Positions 32,101 to 42,469 of a stretch of DNA of 64,000 bases are shown here, piece after piece. The DNA lies in NCBI GenBank assembly GCA_963728565.1, contig CAVSLC010000009.1, positions 71,111 through 135,110 of the forward strand, given 5' to 3'. The notes beneath the pieces are model-generated. The model was not told the DNA's origin. It worked only from the letters and a program-made list of their open reading frames with translations, and ran no database searches. Every line of letters begins with the position of its first letter. The stretch's first letter is position 1. The DNA comes from an uncultured delta proteobacterium (GTDB taxonomy: Bacteria; Desulfobacterota; Binatia; UBA9968). Both the position numbers and the translations under genes were made by a program.

Positions 32101-34539
32101 TTGCAAATGCGCAGACATCCTATGCGAATTCAATCTAGGGGAAAACTTCGAAAGTTGCTGGCAGGCGGGGTGCTCGTCGGTATACTGGCGGGGGCTCTTG
32201 TTGAACGCGGCCAAGCAGCTACCACTTCGCCCCCTGTGGCAGAGACAGACTCTGCTACCGCCGTGCCGAGCCCGGCAGCGATTCCATTGCCCGAGATAGC
32301 CAGGGAGGCCGAGGCAGCCCTGGCGCGAGTGCGTGAACGGCTGGCCGAGGCTCCTGATAGCCGAACGATGCCGGCGGTGGTGCACCAGTTTCCGCTATTG
32401 ACTCGTGAGATCGACGCGCGTCTTCGTCAGACCCGCAGGATCTTGGCGCAGCGACCGGCGATCCAGACGCTCAGCCACCTGGAGTCGGAATGGCGACCGC
32501 TGCGGCGCAATCTCGCCGCCTGGAACCGGCAACTAACCGGCTATCTAAGCCGGCTCGAAAGTGAGATAGCCGAACTCGACGAACTTGGTAAAGTTTGGCG
32601 AGAAACTCTCGAGGCGGCTAAGCTCGCAAACGTTCCCCCGGAAGTTCTCGATCGAATTCAGGCGGTTCTCGCTGAAACTGAAAAGGCGCGCAAAGAGATT
32701 GAGGGTTACAGCGGACGCGCCTTGAGCTTGCAAAATCGCGTGGCTGCTCAAGATGGTCGCATCGCCGATGCCTTAGCTTTGATCGCAAAGGCACGCGAAA
32801 ATGCGCTGGACCGTCTTTTTACGCCGGACAGCGAACCGATTTGGAGCATCGAATTAGGTTTGGATAGCACCCACGAGCTTCGGACGGAGAGTAGCACTTC
32901 GATTGCGACCCAATGGCAGTCATTGAGCGCCTATGCGGCGCGCCAGACACCGTCCTTCCTGATTCATGCCGGAATTTTTATCGGTATAGCCGCGGGCTTT
33001 CGATGGTTGCGCCGACGAGTCGAGCCGCGGTTAGAAGATGCCGGGATCGGGTGCTCAGCCATTGTCTGTGAAACACCGATTGCCGCCGCTTTCCTCCTCT
33101 CAATGTTTTTCAGCCGCTGGATCTATCCGCAGGCGCCGCGTTTGTTCTGGGCGTGTCTCGGGACACTGGCTCTGATCCCCAGCGCAATCATCTTACGCAG
33201 GCTTATCGCACGCGATCTTTATCCGGCGCTGTACGGTCTGGCAACGTTTTATGTTGTCGATCAGGTCCGCGCGATTCTTGTTGCGGAAGAACTTGCGGCT
33301 CGCCTGCTTTTGCTCGGCGAAACGTTGGGCTTGATGGCGTTTCTGGTTTGGCTGCTTCGCTCTGTCGATCGGCTGGGTATTCAGAACACCAGCTTTGGCC
33401 GACTGAGCAAGATCGTCAAGATCGCGGCGAGTCTGGCTTTGATAATGGCCGCGGCGGCTTTCATCGCCAACGCCACCGGATATATGACGCTCGCTAGCCT
33501 TCTCGGTAATGCGCTTCTGAGCAGCGGCTACTTTGCGCTGATTCTTTATGCCGTCGTCGAGTTGATAGATAGCCTCGTGATGATCGCGTTCAGTCTGCGA
33601 CCGCTCCGAATGCTCCGTATCATCTCCAAGCACGGCGCACTGCTTCGCCGTCGAATTTATCGGATTCTACAATGGACGGCGGTCCTTCTGTGGGTTATTC
33701 ACATCCTCAATCGCCTGTTGTTACGCGACCGTTTGTTCAGCGCGATCAGCGACTTTATGACCGAACAATTAGTTGTCGGCTCGCTGCGAATTTCGCTGAG
33801 CGACATAGTTGTTTTTGGCGCCACAGTTTGGGCAGCTCTTCTGGTCTCGCGCTTCGTTCGTTTTGTTCTTGATGAAGAGGTCTTTCCACGAGTTCATCTG
33901 ACTCGCGGTTTGCCTTATGCGATTTCCACTATGATCAACTATGCCATTGTGCTGGTTGGATTTTTTGCAGGGGTAGCGGCGTTAGGCGTGGATATGACGA
34001 AAGTTACGATACTTGCCGGCGCTTTCAGCGTCGGTGTCGGCTTTGGCTTGCAGAACATCTTCAATAATTTCGTCTCGGGTCTCATTTTGTTGTTTGAGCG
34101 GCCGGTTAACGTCGGCGATATCGTGCAGATCGATGACGCCTCGGGGGTGGTTCAAAGGATTGGTATTCGCGCGAGCATTATCGGCACACCGGCCGGCGCC
34201 GAGGTGATCGTTCCCAATGGCAAATTGATATCAGAACGGGTCGTCAACTGGACGTTTTCAAATCGTCGGCGCAGCATTGAGCTGCAATTGGCGGTGGCAC
34301 AAGTCGCCGATCCGCGCCGAATCATCGCCTTACTTGAGCGCGCCGCCAACGAACATCCGCTTATTAGCCGCGACCCTCCTCCCAAGGCATGGGTTGTAAA
34401 ACTCGGGCCGGATTCGCTCGGACTGGAGCTGCGCGCCTGGACCGATCGCATACACGACTGGATGGAAGTGCGCAGCGAGCTTGCAATTGCGGTTAGCGAT
34501 AACTTAGCGGCTGAAAACATAGCTTTGCGTGCAGTTTAG
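32101..34539 (+). CDS. Large mechanosensitive channel, MscS/MscK-like
   Basis: Periplasmic helical N-region, many TM helices, GVGFGLQNIFNNFVSGLILLFERPV.VGD, VPN motif. Confidence 0.92.
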   Translation: MQMRRHPMRIQSRGKLRKLLAGGVLVGILAGALVERGQAATTSPPVAETDSATAVPSPAAIPLPEIAREAEAALARVRERLAEAPDSRTMPAVVHQFPLLTREIDARLRQTRRILAQRPAIQTLSHLESEWRPLRRNLAAWNRQLTGYLSRLESEIAELDELGKVWRETLEAAKLANVPPEVLDRIQAVLAETEKARKEIEGYSGRALSLQNRVAAQDGRIADALALIAKARENALDRLFTPDSEPIWSIELGLDSTHELRTESSTSIATQWQSLSAYAARQTPSFLIHAGIFIGIAAGFRWLRRRVEPRLEDAGIGCSAIVCETPIAAAFLLSMFFSRWIYPQAPRLFWACLGTLALIPSAIILRRLIARDLYPALYGLATFYVVDQVRAILVAEELAARLLLLGETLGLMAFLVWLLRSVDRLGIQNTSFGRLSKIVKIAASLALIMAAAAFIANATGYMTLASLLGNALLSSGYFALILYAVVELIDSLVMIAFSLRPLRMLRIISKHGALLRRRIYRILQWTAVLLWVIHILNRLLLRDRLFSAISDFMTEQLVVGSLRISLSDIVVFGATVWAALLVSRFVRFVLDEEVFPRVHLTRGLPYAISTMINYAIVLVGFFAGVAALGVDMTKVTILAGAFSVGVGFGLQNIFNNFVSGLILLFERPVNVGDIVQIDDASGVVQRIGIRASIIGTPAGAEVIVPNGKLISERVVNWTFSNRRRSIELQLAVAQVADPRRIIALLERAANEHPLISRDPPPKAWVVKLGPDSLGLELRAWTDRIHDWMEVRSELAIAVSDNLAAENIALRAV

Positions 34540-34726
34540 ACAAACTCTCGACCGCCGCCTTCCCCCAACGATAGCGTTACGAACATTGATTCACATGAAC
34601 CTTGCCTCGCCAGGAACGCTTGCTGAAACGGCTCGCAACCTGCCCTACTGCTTGGAGCCGAACCCGGCTGGCACTCGACTAGTGTCTCCCTGGCTTTTCA
34701 GAGGGATCTTCCATGATCTCTTTGCG

Positions 34727-35047
34727 CTAATCCTTCTTGGCAATTTGCTCTAGATCCTCGATAGTCGGCCCGTTTAGCCGGAAGGCGCGATGCGCTCGCC
34801 ATTCCAACACTTGCATCTTGCGAATACCTCGAAGATGGTGCGGATCCTGAGCTGCGATTTCCTCTGCTTCGCTGAGACTCGATGCAAGCATGATATAAAT
34901 TCCGAACCCCCCATCTCTAGTAGGGCCGGAAAAAAGTAATCTGCCGGCCCTGTGTTGATCATCCAACCACAGCCGATGCTCCTCGTAATGACTCTGCTTG
35001 TCTGCTTCTTTTTCGGGTAATGATCGGGAAAGAACGATATACCACAT
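34727..35047 (-). CDS. YciI family protein
   Basis: EH..WL......G.LLFSGP, A..IAAQDPH; GGAGG RBS. Confidence 0.85.
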   Translation of the reverse strand: MWYIVLSRSLPEKEADKQSHYEEHRLWLDDQHRAGRLLFSGPTRDGGFGIYIMLASSLSEAEEIAAQDPHHLRGIRKMQVLEWRAHRAFRLNGPTIEDLEQIAKKD

Positions 35048-35059
35048 GTTTGACCTCCG

Positions 35060-35733
35060 ACTTCTAGTTCGAACGATAATCGCTCAAGTGCCAAGAGGAA
35101 TCCAGGCTCGAAGCCGCTCGTAGCCCGACTCTTGCGAGATCTAGCGTTGCGACCGCCAGTGTAGGCAGCTCGAGGCGCATGAGTCTCAAACCAACGCTTG
35201 AGATTTGGCAAATCGTTCAGATCCTGGCCTGTCTTTGGTGCGGCCACGGTCGAGGGATAAGCAGCCATGTCGGCTATAAAATAGGCGCCGACTATAAATT
35301 TACTATCAGCAAGGCGATAGTCGAGCACGCCATAGAGCCGCCCGGTATCTTTCCGATAGCGCTCGATAGGATAGGCGATTTTCAGGAGCATAGCCGCTGA
35401 AATGATGATTCTGCCCGAGCATCGGACGAGCGCCACTCGCCTGCCATTGTCTCAGTGCGGCCGCGTACGCAGGAATTGTCCCGATTTCTCGGCAAGGTAT
35501 TGAAGAATTGCGCCTGATTCGAAAACGCTCAGTGCCCCTGCGCCGTCGCCTGGTTCATGGTCGATCATTGCAGGGATTCGGCTGTTCAGGGTATCGCCAG
35601 AAACTCGGGCGAAAAACTGATCTCCTGCGACCGATGATGATCCGCTTGAACAATCGGAGACGGTTGTTTGCTCTAGAAAAATGGTGATCTTACGAGAATT
35701 AGGAGTGGTCCCAGTAATGCCATGAATCATCAT
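35060..35733 (-). pseudogene. Degraded glutathione S-transferase (YfcG-like)
   Basis: TPNSRKITIFLE, NSRIPAMID, FESGAILQYLAEK, then in another frame RLYGVLD.RL...IADMAAYP; stops, indels and eroded motifs. Confidence 0.75.
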
Positions 35734-35933
35734 ACTCCGGGTTGCCCGAGCAAATTAATCCGGATCCCGGTAAACTTTCTTGTCTTTGCATATTGATAGA
35801 CGCACGAAACAGCGTTCAATCGATAATCGACGAGCTTGCTCCAATTGTGAAACAAAAGACTTTCCTATGTCCCGCGATGGTGACAGTTTTCCTGCCTCCA
35901 ACGCATGCGCGATTGAGGATGATTACCATGTGC

Positions 35934-35949
35934 TGGCATAAAAGTTGCC
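35934..35949 (+). promoter_or_regulatory. Sigma-54 promoter
   Basis: TGGCATAAAAGTTGCC about 35 nt upstream of ATG 35983. Confidence 0.7.
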
Positions 35950-35982
35950 GTTTAATTAGGACAGTAGAATAAGGAGATGTGT

Positions 35983-36441
35983 ATGGATCGATTAGAAACC
36001 GCTGGCAATCGTAACGACAACAAGTCGTTTGGATCATTGATTTCTGGAATTTTCCAGGATGCTCAGACTTTGATAACTAAAGAAATTGCTGCAGCCAAGC
36101 TTGAGCTTAAGCAAGAGATGAGCAAGGGCATTAAGGCGGGCGTATCGCTCGGGATCGGCGGCTTTTTGCTGGTTGTGGGATTCATTTTGTTGACTCTCAT
36201 GATCGTATTTCTCATTTCAACCTACACACCGATACCACTTTGGGGCAGCCTGGGCATAGTCGGGTTGGTCTACTGTGTTGCCGGTGCGATTGCGTTGACG
36301 ATTGGCAAGCGCAAAGTTACCGAGGTAAAACCAGTGCCGGAAGATGCGCTACAGCATACGAAGGAAGATGTCCGATACATCGCCGAACGCGCCTCCTCGG
36401 GACTTGAAAAAACCGAGCTCAGAAAGGCTACCCAGCATTAG
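35983..36441 (+). CDS. YqjE/phage holin-like (DUF1469-type) membrane protein
   Basis: SFGSLI...D..TL..KEI..AKLELK then two TM helices; AAGGAG RBS. Confidence 0.8.
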   Translation: MDRLETAGNRNDNKSFGSLISGIFQDAQTLITKEIAAAKLELKQEMSKGIKAGVSLGIGGFLLVVGFILLTLMIVFLISTYTPIPLWGSLGIVGLVYCVAGAIALTIGKRKVTEVKPVPEDALQHTKEDVRYIAERASSGLEKTELRKATQH

Positions 36442-36708
36442 CGATGGAATACGATCCGACAGGCAACGATGTCGCCGATCAACTCAGAACTCCTTGCCCT
36501 TGTGATCACCCGACTCATGGCCCAAAGGGTTGTGAAAATTTTATGCACGCCGGAGAAGAGAAGTGCCCGGCGTGCAAAGATCATATCGATTCTGCAATCG
36601 TGCCATAGAACCCCCACGGCATCCCCGCCGCATGTAACGCATCAAAATTCCTCCAACTCGAATTCTCAACCGTCGGTTATTAATACTGCTGAACTGCGCC
36701 GGAGCTGA

Positions 36709-38131
36709 ATGGCTCAATCGCAGCGATACGATGCCGTCGTTGTAGGCTCCGGCCCAAATGGGCTTGCCGCCGCGATTACAATGATCGATAGCGGTAAATC
36801 CGTGGCGGTGTACGAAGCGGCAGACAAGATCGGCGGCGGAATGCGCTCGGAAGAATTAACCTTGCCCGGATTCGTCCATGACGTCTGCTCGGCAGTTTAT
36901 CCATTGGCAATCGGCTCACCGCTGTTTCGTTCATTGCCTCTGGTTCAATACGGCCTGGAGTGGGTACAGCCGCCGGCGCCGCTCGCCCATCCTCTCGACG
37001 ATGGCTCGGCTGTCATGCTTGAAAGATCGTTGCACGACACAGCCGCCGGGCTCGGTGGAGATGGGGATGCTTATCAGCGGTTGATGCGTCCGCTGATAGA
37101 GTCATGGCACGGCCTCGACGTCGATATGCTCGCGCCGCTTAGATGGCCACGTAGGCCCCTAGCCATGACCCGATTCGGCCTCTCCGCAATCCGCCCGGCG
37201 CGGAGCTTTAGCGAGAGCTGCTTTGAGGCACAGCGGGCCAGAGCGCTTTTCGCTGGTCTGTCTGCGCATTCGATGTTGCCTCTAGAGGCGTGGGGTTCGG
37301 CGGCCTTCGGCCTGGTGCTGGCGACGACCGGCACATGCGCTCGGCTGGCCCATCGCGCGGCGGGGGTCACAATCGCTGGCTGACGCGCTGGTTCTGTATC
37401 TCCGATCGAAAGGCGGCGAGATCTACACCAACACGCCGGTGCGAACGCTGGATGAACTTCCCTCCTGCAGAGTAATTTTATGCGACATGACGCCAAAGCA
37501 ACTGCTGCGACTTGCCGGGGATCGACTATCGCCGAGCTATCGACGACGGCTTGAGCGTTATCGATACGGCATGGGTGCTTTTAAAATCGACTGGGCGCTT
37601 TCCGCCCCGGTTCCGTGGAAAGCGCAGGTGTGCGCGCGTGCGGCAACGGTTCATCTGGGCGGCACATTGCAGGAGATAGCAGCTTCGGAGCGCGCCGCTT
37701 GGCGAGGCGATCACACAGAGCACCCGTTCGTCTTGGCGGTACAGCCGTCGCTGTTCGATTCATCGCGGGCGCCCGAATCAAATCACACGCTATGGACGTA
37801 CTGTCACGTGCCAAACGGATCCGCGTTCGATATGACCGCGCGCATCGAAGCTCAGATTGAGCGCTTCGCGCCGGGGTTTCGCGATACCGTTCTTGCCCGC
37901 AGCGTTGCTGCGCCCGCCGATCTAGAACGGCGCAACCCGAACTTGATCGGTGGTGACATCAACGGGGGCGCCCCCACTCTAGGTCAATTGTTTTTACGGC
38001 CCACCTTGAAGCTGTATTCGACGTCGGCGCGCGGACTCTATCTCTGCTCGGCGTCAACCCCACCCGGCGGCGGCGTGCACGGAATGTGCGGTTACTTTGC
38101 CGCTAGGCAAGCGTTAAGGGATTGTTTTTAG
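36709..38131 (+). pseudogene. FAD-dependent oxidoreductase (phytoene dehydrogenase-related), frameshifted in this sequence
   Basis: VVGSGPNGLAAA, HDVCSAV.P, GGDINGG, LYLCSASTPPGGGVHGMCG; indels near 37332 and 37360 restore HALGWP...GSQSLADAL. Confidence 0.85.
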
Positions 38132-38136
38132 CTGGC

Positions 38137-38307
38137 TCAAGGAGGGGTCTGGGTGAACGGTGTGTGATCCTGCAGGCACTCCGTGCATTGTTGCGCCGGA
38201 GGTTTTACGCGCTTGCGGCACCGGCCGAGAAAATGGGTGCCATGAGTGCAGGTGCATAGAGTTGTCTTCTCTGCTTTGGTCTTCTTAGACTTATTCGCGA
38301 GGCTCAT
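38137..38307 (-). CDS. Putative 56-aa Cys/His-rich microprotein (absent from the ORF track)
   Basis: MSLANKSKKTKAEKTTLCTCTHGTHFLGRCRKRVKPPAQQCTECLQDHTPFTQTPP, read manually; weak RBS. Confidence 0.45.
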   Translation of the reverse strand: MSLANKSKKTKAEKTTLCTCTHGTHFLGRCRKRVKPPAQQCTECLQDHTPFTQTPP

Positions 38308-38425
38308 CGTTCAAAGCCAGTATAGCCGTCTGGTCCGTGGGAGTTTTTAAGTTTCATGGGCATGAGTCCTTGTTGCAGGTGATCGCGCAGTTCTTAATGA
38401 AGTTTCTCCCGAGATACATCCGATC

Positions 38426-39548
38426 CTAGCCGCTTCTATCGCGTTCTGGCCCGGAGGCTTTGAAGAATCCGTTTGACGCATTCGTATGCAATGCAGAGCG
38501 CGGCTCTTCATGGTTGCGCCGGATGACCCTATCGGCCGTGCGGGTAAGTACCGATGGCGCCATAAAAGAGTAGCTTTGCCAGCCCCGTTTCAAAGCATTC
38601 CCTTCACCCGGCCGGGTGCTTGGCAGGCCTCGTGAAATCAATCCTAGAACTTCCGCGGTAATGTTTGGGAATAGAGAATTGACCAGATGAAGAAGGCGCG
38701 CTTGAGGCGTAATAATCAATTCGGCTTTGCCGTAACGGCACGCTTCCACGATCTGCCGGGCCGCTCGTTCGGAAGCTGTAGAGAACAACGGTGACGCATT
38801 GGCGATACTGAAGAGTGCGAACTCTTTTTGATGCTGTCCCTTAAAAAACGCGTTGATGTGAGAGCCGGTGCGCATCAAACCAGGAACCACCGTGGTCACG
38901 TAAATACCGTCTTTTATCAGCTCTGCCCGCATCGCCTCGGAGAAGCCGACCAAAGCGAATTTACTGGCGACATAGGGCGCCAGATGAGGCACCGCGACCT
39001 TGCCGCCAATTGAGGTAATGTTGACGATGCGGCCACCGCCTTGCCCCTTCATATGCGGAAGCACTTCGCTTATCAGGCTAAGCGGAGCCCAGAAATGCAC
39101 TGCCAACGCGTCGCCGTAATCGTCTCGGTTCATGTTTTCCGCAGGCCCGACTTGGATGATGCCGGCGTTATTAACCAGTACATCGATTGTTTTGAACTCA
39201 TCGATAATGGACGTAATAGCGCGCCGCGCTTCGTCGGCTTGTGTCACATCACACTGTCGGGTCGATATCCGCAACGCCGTATCTTCTGAGTTCTTGAGCG
39301 GCTTCCGTTAGCCGGTCTTGATCGCGGGCCAGTAACACAACGTTAGCGCGTTGCGCTGCAAAACAGCGAGCCAGTTCTAAACCAAGCCCGCGTGATGCTC
39401 CCGAGATCAACACGGTCTTTCCGGAGAAATCGATTCTACGATAGCGACCCAAAGCGTAGGAGAGACCGGCGGCCGCGACACCGACTGCGGCAATTTTTAC
39501 CGGTAGCGGCAGCCTGTTCTGCGAAGTGACTCTCATGATCTCCTCCAT
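38426..39548 (-). pseudogene. SDR oxidoreductase with N-terminal hydrophobic anchor, single frameshift near 39265
   Basis: SGASRGLG in the 5' ORF; NNAG, YVASK and PGLMRTG in the 3' ORF. Confidence 0.85.
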
Positions 39549-39664
39549 GACGACGACCCTTAACAGAATCGATCGGGCGCGAAACTAACATTGCGCAATC
39601 ATTGGACAGACATCACTGCCTAATCATATGCAGCGCCCGGGAACCCATTCATTATCGCTGAAAA

Positions 39665-39680
39665 CGCAATCTGTATGCCA
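39665..39680 (-). promoter_or_regulatory. Sigma-54 promoter of the SDR gene
   Basis: TGGCATACAGATTGCG on the minus strand. Confidence 0.7.
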
Positions 39681-39755
39681 CTGGCTCGGCGTGCTGCACA
39701 CGCTGAGCTAAATCGATCTGCATTCGCACATCTTGAAAAAAGGTGAAAACCAGCG

Positions 39756-40025
39756 ATGATAACTTACATGGAAACAATTAAGATCGATGATCCGCGACTC
39801 GACGAGAGTTTTGCATTTATGTTTCAATTAAGAAAAGGCGATGCAGTTGTATTGAAGAGTCAAAACTCGCTGCGCGGCAAAGTCAGCGACGGCGTTTACA
39901 TTGGCGAGTTCCCGAAGCATGTTGCCGGCGATATCCATCCGCGAGGGATAACGCTGTACGAAATTAGGCTTGCCGATGACTCCACTCAAATCCTCGAAGA
40001 GAAAGAGCTGCAAAAGATTGATTAA
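39756..40025 (+). CDS. Hypothetical protein (89 aa)
   Basis: AAGGTG RBS; small beta-rich-looking sequence. Confidence 0.6.
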   Translation: MITYMETIKIDDPRLDESFAFMFQLRKGDAVVLKSQNSLRGKVSDGVYIGEFPKHVAGDIHPRGITLYEIRLADDSTQILEEKELQKID

Positions 40026-40279
40026 AGCCTCGCCCTGAGTTCCGATTCTTTTATTGTATATTTAAGTTACGGCAGGGTACATCCGTCGGTGCAACTAGCA
40101 GCGTTAATTTAGTGGTGACTGGATTTGTCTTCATGTGGAGGCTAGCGACCATTCACATCCGACTGTTTGCGCGCCAGTCGATCCACTTATTGTCTCAGCT
40201 TTGGGTCAAGTTGCTGCTGCCGGCGCCCGCCCTGTTTCAGGCGACGTACACAAGGGCCGATAATTAGCGATACTATTGC

Positions 40280-40295
40280 TGGCATTCTAATTGCT
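40280..40295 (+). promoter_or_regulatory. Sigma-54 promoter upstream of the lipoprotein gene and opgGH
   Basis: TGGCATTCTAATTGCT. Confidence 0.7.
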
Positions 40296-40318
40296 CGACT
40301 TGTCGTCGGGATAGCAAT

Positions 40319-40750
40319 ATGAAGCAGAAGTTCAGAGCGAAGGCGATAGCAGTTGCGCCCCTGATGTTTATGTTGACGTCCGCTGGATGCGAGAGCATCG
40401 CGCTTTTACCACGGCGGGCGATTGATGATCCCGGCAACGTTAGCCGCCGGGACTTGGATCGTCGGGAGTTAGACCGCCGGCCGGAAAGCCGTTCTGAGAC
40501 CACGCGGCCGCGAGCCGCGGATGAAATGACCGGGACCGTGCAAAAGGTTGATCAGAGTCGCCGCGAGATCCAGCTCCGCACTACCGAGGGACGGATGACA
40601 GTCATCAAGTACGATCCGGCGACCGTCGTTTATAATCGTGAGCGCGAGATGCCGGTCGATGATTTACGTTACGGTGACCTTATTTTGGTCAAGGTAATAA
40701 AGAATGACCGCGGCGAGCAGTATGCTGACCTCATCCGGCTTGCATCTTGA
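40319..40750 (+). CDS. Hypothetical lipoprotein (OB-fold-like C-terminus)
   Basis: Signal with SAGC lipobox; GTVQKVD...I.L...DLRYGD.I.V. Confidence 0.7.
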   Translation: MKQKFRAKAIAVAPLMFMLTSAGCESIALLPRRAIDDPGNVSRRDLDRRELDRRPESRSETTRPRAADEMTGTVQKVDQSRREIQLRTTEGRMTVIKYDPATVVYNREREMPVDDLRYGDLILVKVIKNDRGEQYADLIRLAS

Positions 40751-40939
40751 GGAAGCTTTGGAGTGCCGAGAGCTGCTAGTGATGACGCGCTGATGGCTAC
40801 AAGCTCGGCTTCTGCCTTCAAGGGATAGGGCAGCCTACAGCCGAAACTTTTCCAATTTAAATCGCTGTTAGATCGACTGCTTTCAGAGGCGCGCTGGCAT
40901 ATGCCTGCGACGCAGCCGATGGAGTGTATATAGAACCAA

Positions 40940-42469
40940 ATGATGCCGCCACGTTCGTTTCTTCACCGAGGTCAGATTCTGGGCTGGAGTTTTTTTGTAT
41001 CGCTGACTTTTCTGTTGAACTGCTCCTTTGCCGCTGCTGACAATGTATTCGGATTTGAGCAGGTTGCCGAGACCGCGCGAAAGCTCGCCGCGGAGCCTTT
41101 CAAGCCACCCCCGCCGGTACCGGATTTTCTCAAGCAAATAAGTTACGACGAATATCGCGACATTCGCTTCGATACTGCGCAAAGCCTGTGGAAGGACAGT
41201 GGCAACTTCCAAGTACAGTTTATACATCCCGGACTTTTTTACACCCATAGTGTTACGGTGAATACGTTTGATTCGCAGGGCGTGCGCAAAGTCGCTTTCT
41301 CGCCGAAACAATTCACTTACGGGAAGAATAAGTTTGCCGAGAAGATCCCGCCTGAACTCGGCTTCGCCGGATTCCGCATCGCTTATCCACTTTATAAAAA
41401 GAACGAATACAATCACGTCATAGTCTTCGCCGGCGCCAGTTATTTTCGCGCGGTGGCGAAGAAGCAGGTCTTCGGTCTTTCGGCGCGCGGGCTGGCCATC
41501 GACACCGGCTTGCCGACGGGTGAGGAATTTCCGACGTTTAGAGAATTCTGGCTCGAGCGACCGACACCGCAGGCGCGCGCGGTTAAAGTTTTAGCCTTGC
41601 TCGATAGTCAAAGCTTGACCGGCGCCTACGAGTTTGTCGTTCGCCCGGGAGATCGTACCTCGGTCGACGTAAAAGCTCGGTTGTTCGAAAGAAAGAGGGT
41701 CAAAGAGTTGGGGGTTGCGCCTCTCACCAGCATGTTTTTGTACGGTGAGGAGAAGCCGCGTCCGAACAACGACTGGCGTCCAGAGGTGCATGATTCCGAT
41801 GGACTTATGATGGCTTCGGCTAGCGGAGAATGGATTTGGCGGCCGCTCATCAATCCGGTGAGATTACAGGTCAGCTATTTCGATGTCGACAGCCTGCGCG
41901 GCTTTGGCCTGCTGCAAAGAGATCGCAGTTATTCGAACTACGAAGATTTGGAGACGCGTCATGAGATGCGGCCCAACGCCTGGATCACTCCTAAAGGTGC
42001 CTGGCCCAAGGGGCAAATAAAGCTTGTGGAAATCCCAAGCCAAAAAGAGACCAACGACAACATCGTAGCTTACTGGGTCCCGCGGAACATGCCGGCAGTG
42101 GGTCAACCGCTGGATCTCGCGTACCGGATTAACTTCCAAACCGAAGAACCCCTCGATGCGGCGTCGGGCCGAGTAACGGCCACCCGGGTCGGAGTCGGAG
42201 ATAAAGATGATCTAAAGAGGATCATCCTAGATTTTGAAGGCGCTAAGCTCAAAAGCTTGCCGGACACGGCTCCGGTAAAGGCGGTGGTCACCGTTGGCGC
42301 CGATGCTCAACTAGTTCAGCAGAGTACTGTCAAAAATCCGGTCACCGGCGGCTGGCGCGCTGCCTTTCAAGTTAAGCCGCCGAAGGACAAAGCGCTACAG
42401 CTCCGGGCATTTCTACGGAACGAAAACGACACCCTTACCGAGACTTGGAGCTATTTGTTAGAGCCATGA
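40940..42469 (+). CDS. opgG: Glucan biosynthesis protein OpgG/MdoG
   Basis: YDEYRDIRF, FAGASYFRA, GLSARGLAIDT, EEFP.F, RPEVHDSDGL, ETNDNIVAYW, TETWSY. Confidence 0.96.
   Translation: MMPPRSFLHRGQILGWSFFVSLTFLLNCSFAAADNVFGFEQVAETARKLAAEPFKPPPPVPDFLKQISYDEYRDIRFDTAQSLWKDSGNFQVQFIHPGLFYTHSVTVNTFDSQGVRKVAFSPKQFTYGKNKFAEKIPPELGFAGFRIAYPLYKKNEYNHVIVFAGASYFRAVAKKQVFGLSARGLAIDTGLPTGEEFPTFREFWLERPTPQARAVKVLALLDSQSLTGAYEFVVRPGDRTSVDVKARLFERKRVKELGVAPLTSMFLYGEEKPRPNNDWRPEVHDSDGLMMASASGEWIWRPLINPVRLQVSYFDVDSLRGFGLLQRDRSYSNYEDLETRHEMRPNAWITPKGAWPKGQIKLVEIPSQKETNDNIVAYWVPRNMPAVGQPLDLAYRINFQTEEPLDAASGRVTATRVGVGDKDDLKRIILDFEGAKLKSLPDTAPVKAVVTVGADAQLVQQSTVKNPVTGGWRAAFQVKPPKDKALQLRAFLRNENDTLTETWSYLLEP

Noticed and set aside
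35983-36441. Holin-like gene as evidence of a prophage
   Set aside because: No phage structural, integrase or lysis genes; this family is common in stress loci
36469-36708. 79-aa ORF before the FAD oxidoreductase
   Set aside because: No RBS or recognisable motif; cannot be supported
36709-38131. Carotenoid biosynthesis (crtI) call
   Set aside because: Only family-level similarity and no crtB/crtE neighbours
40895-40910. Sigma-54-like motif directly before opgG, with similar near-matches at about 44952 and 61532
   Set aside because: GG-GC spacing is 9 or 11 rather than the required 10
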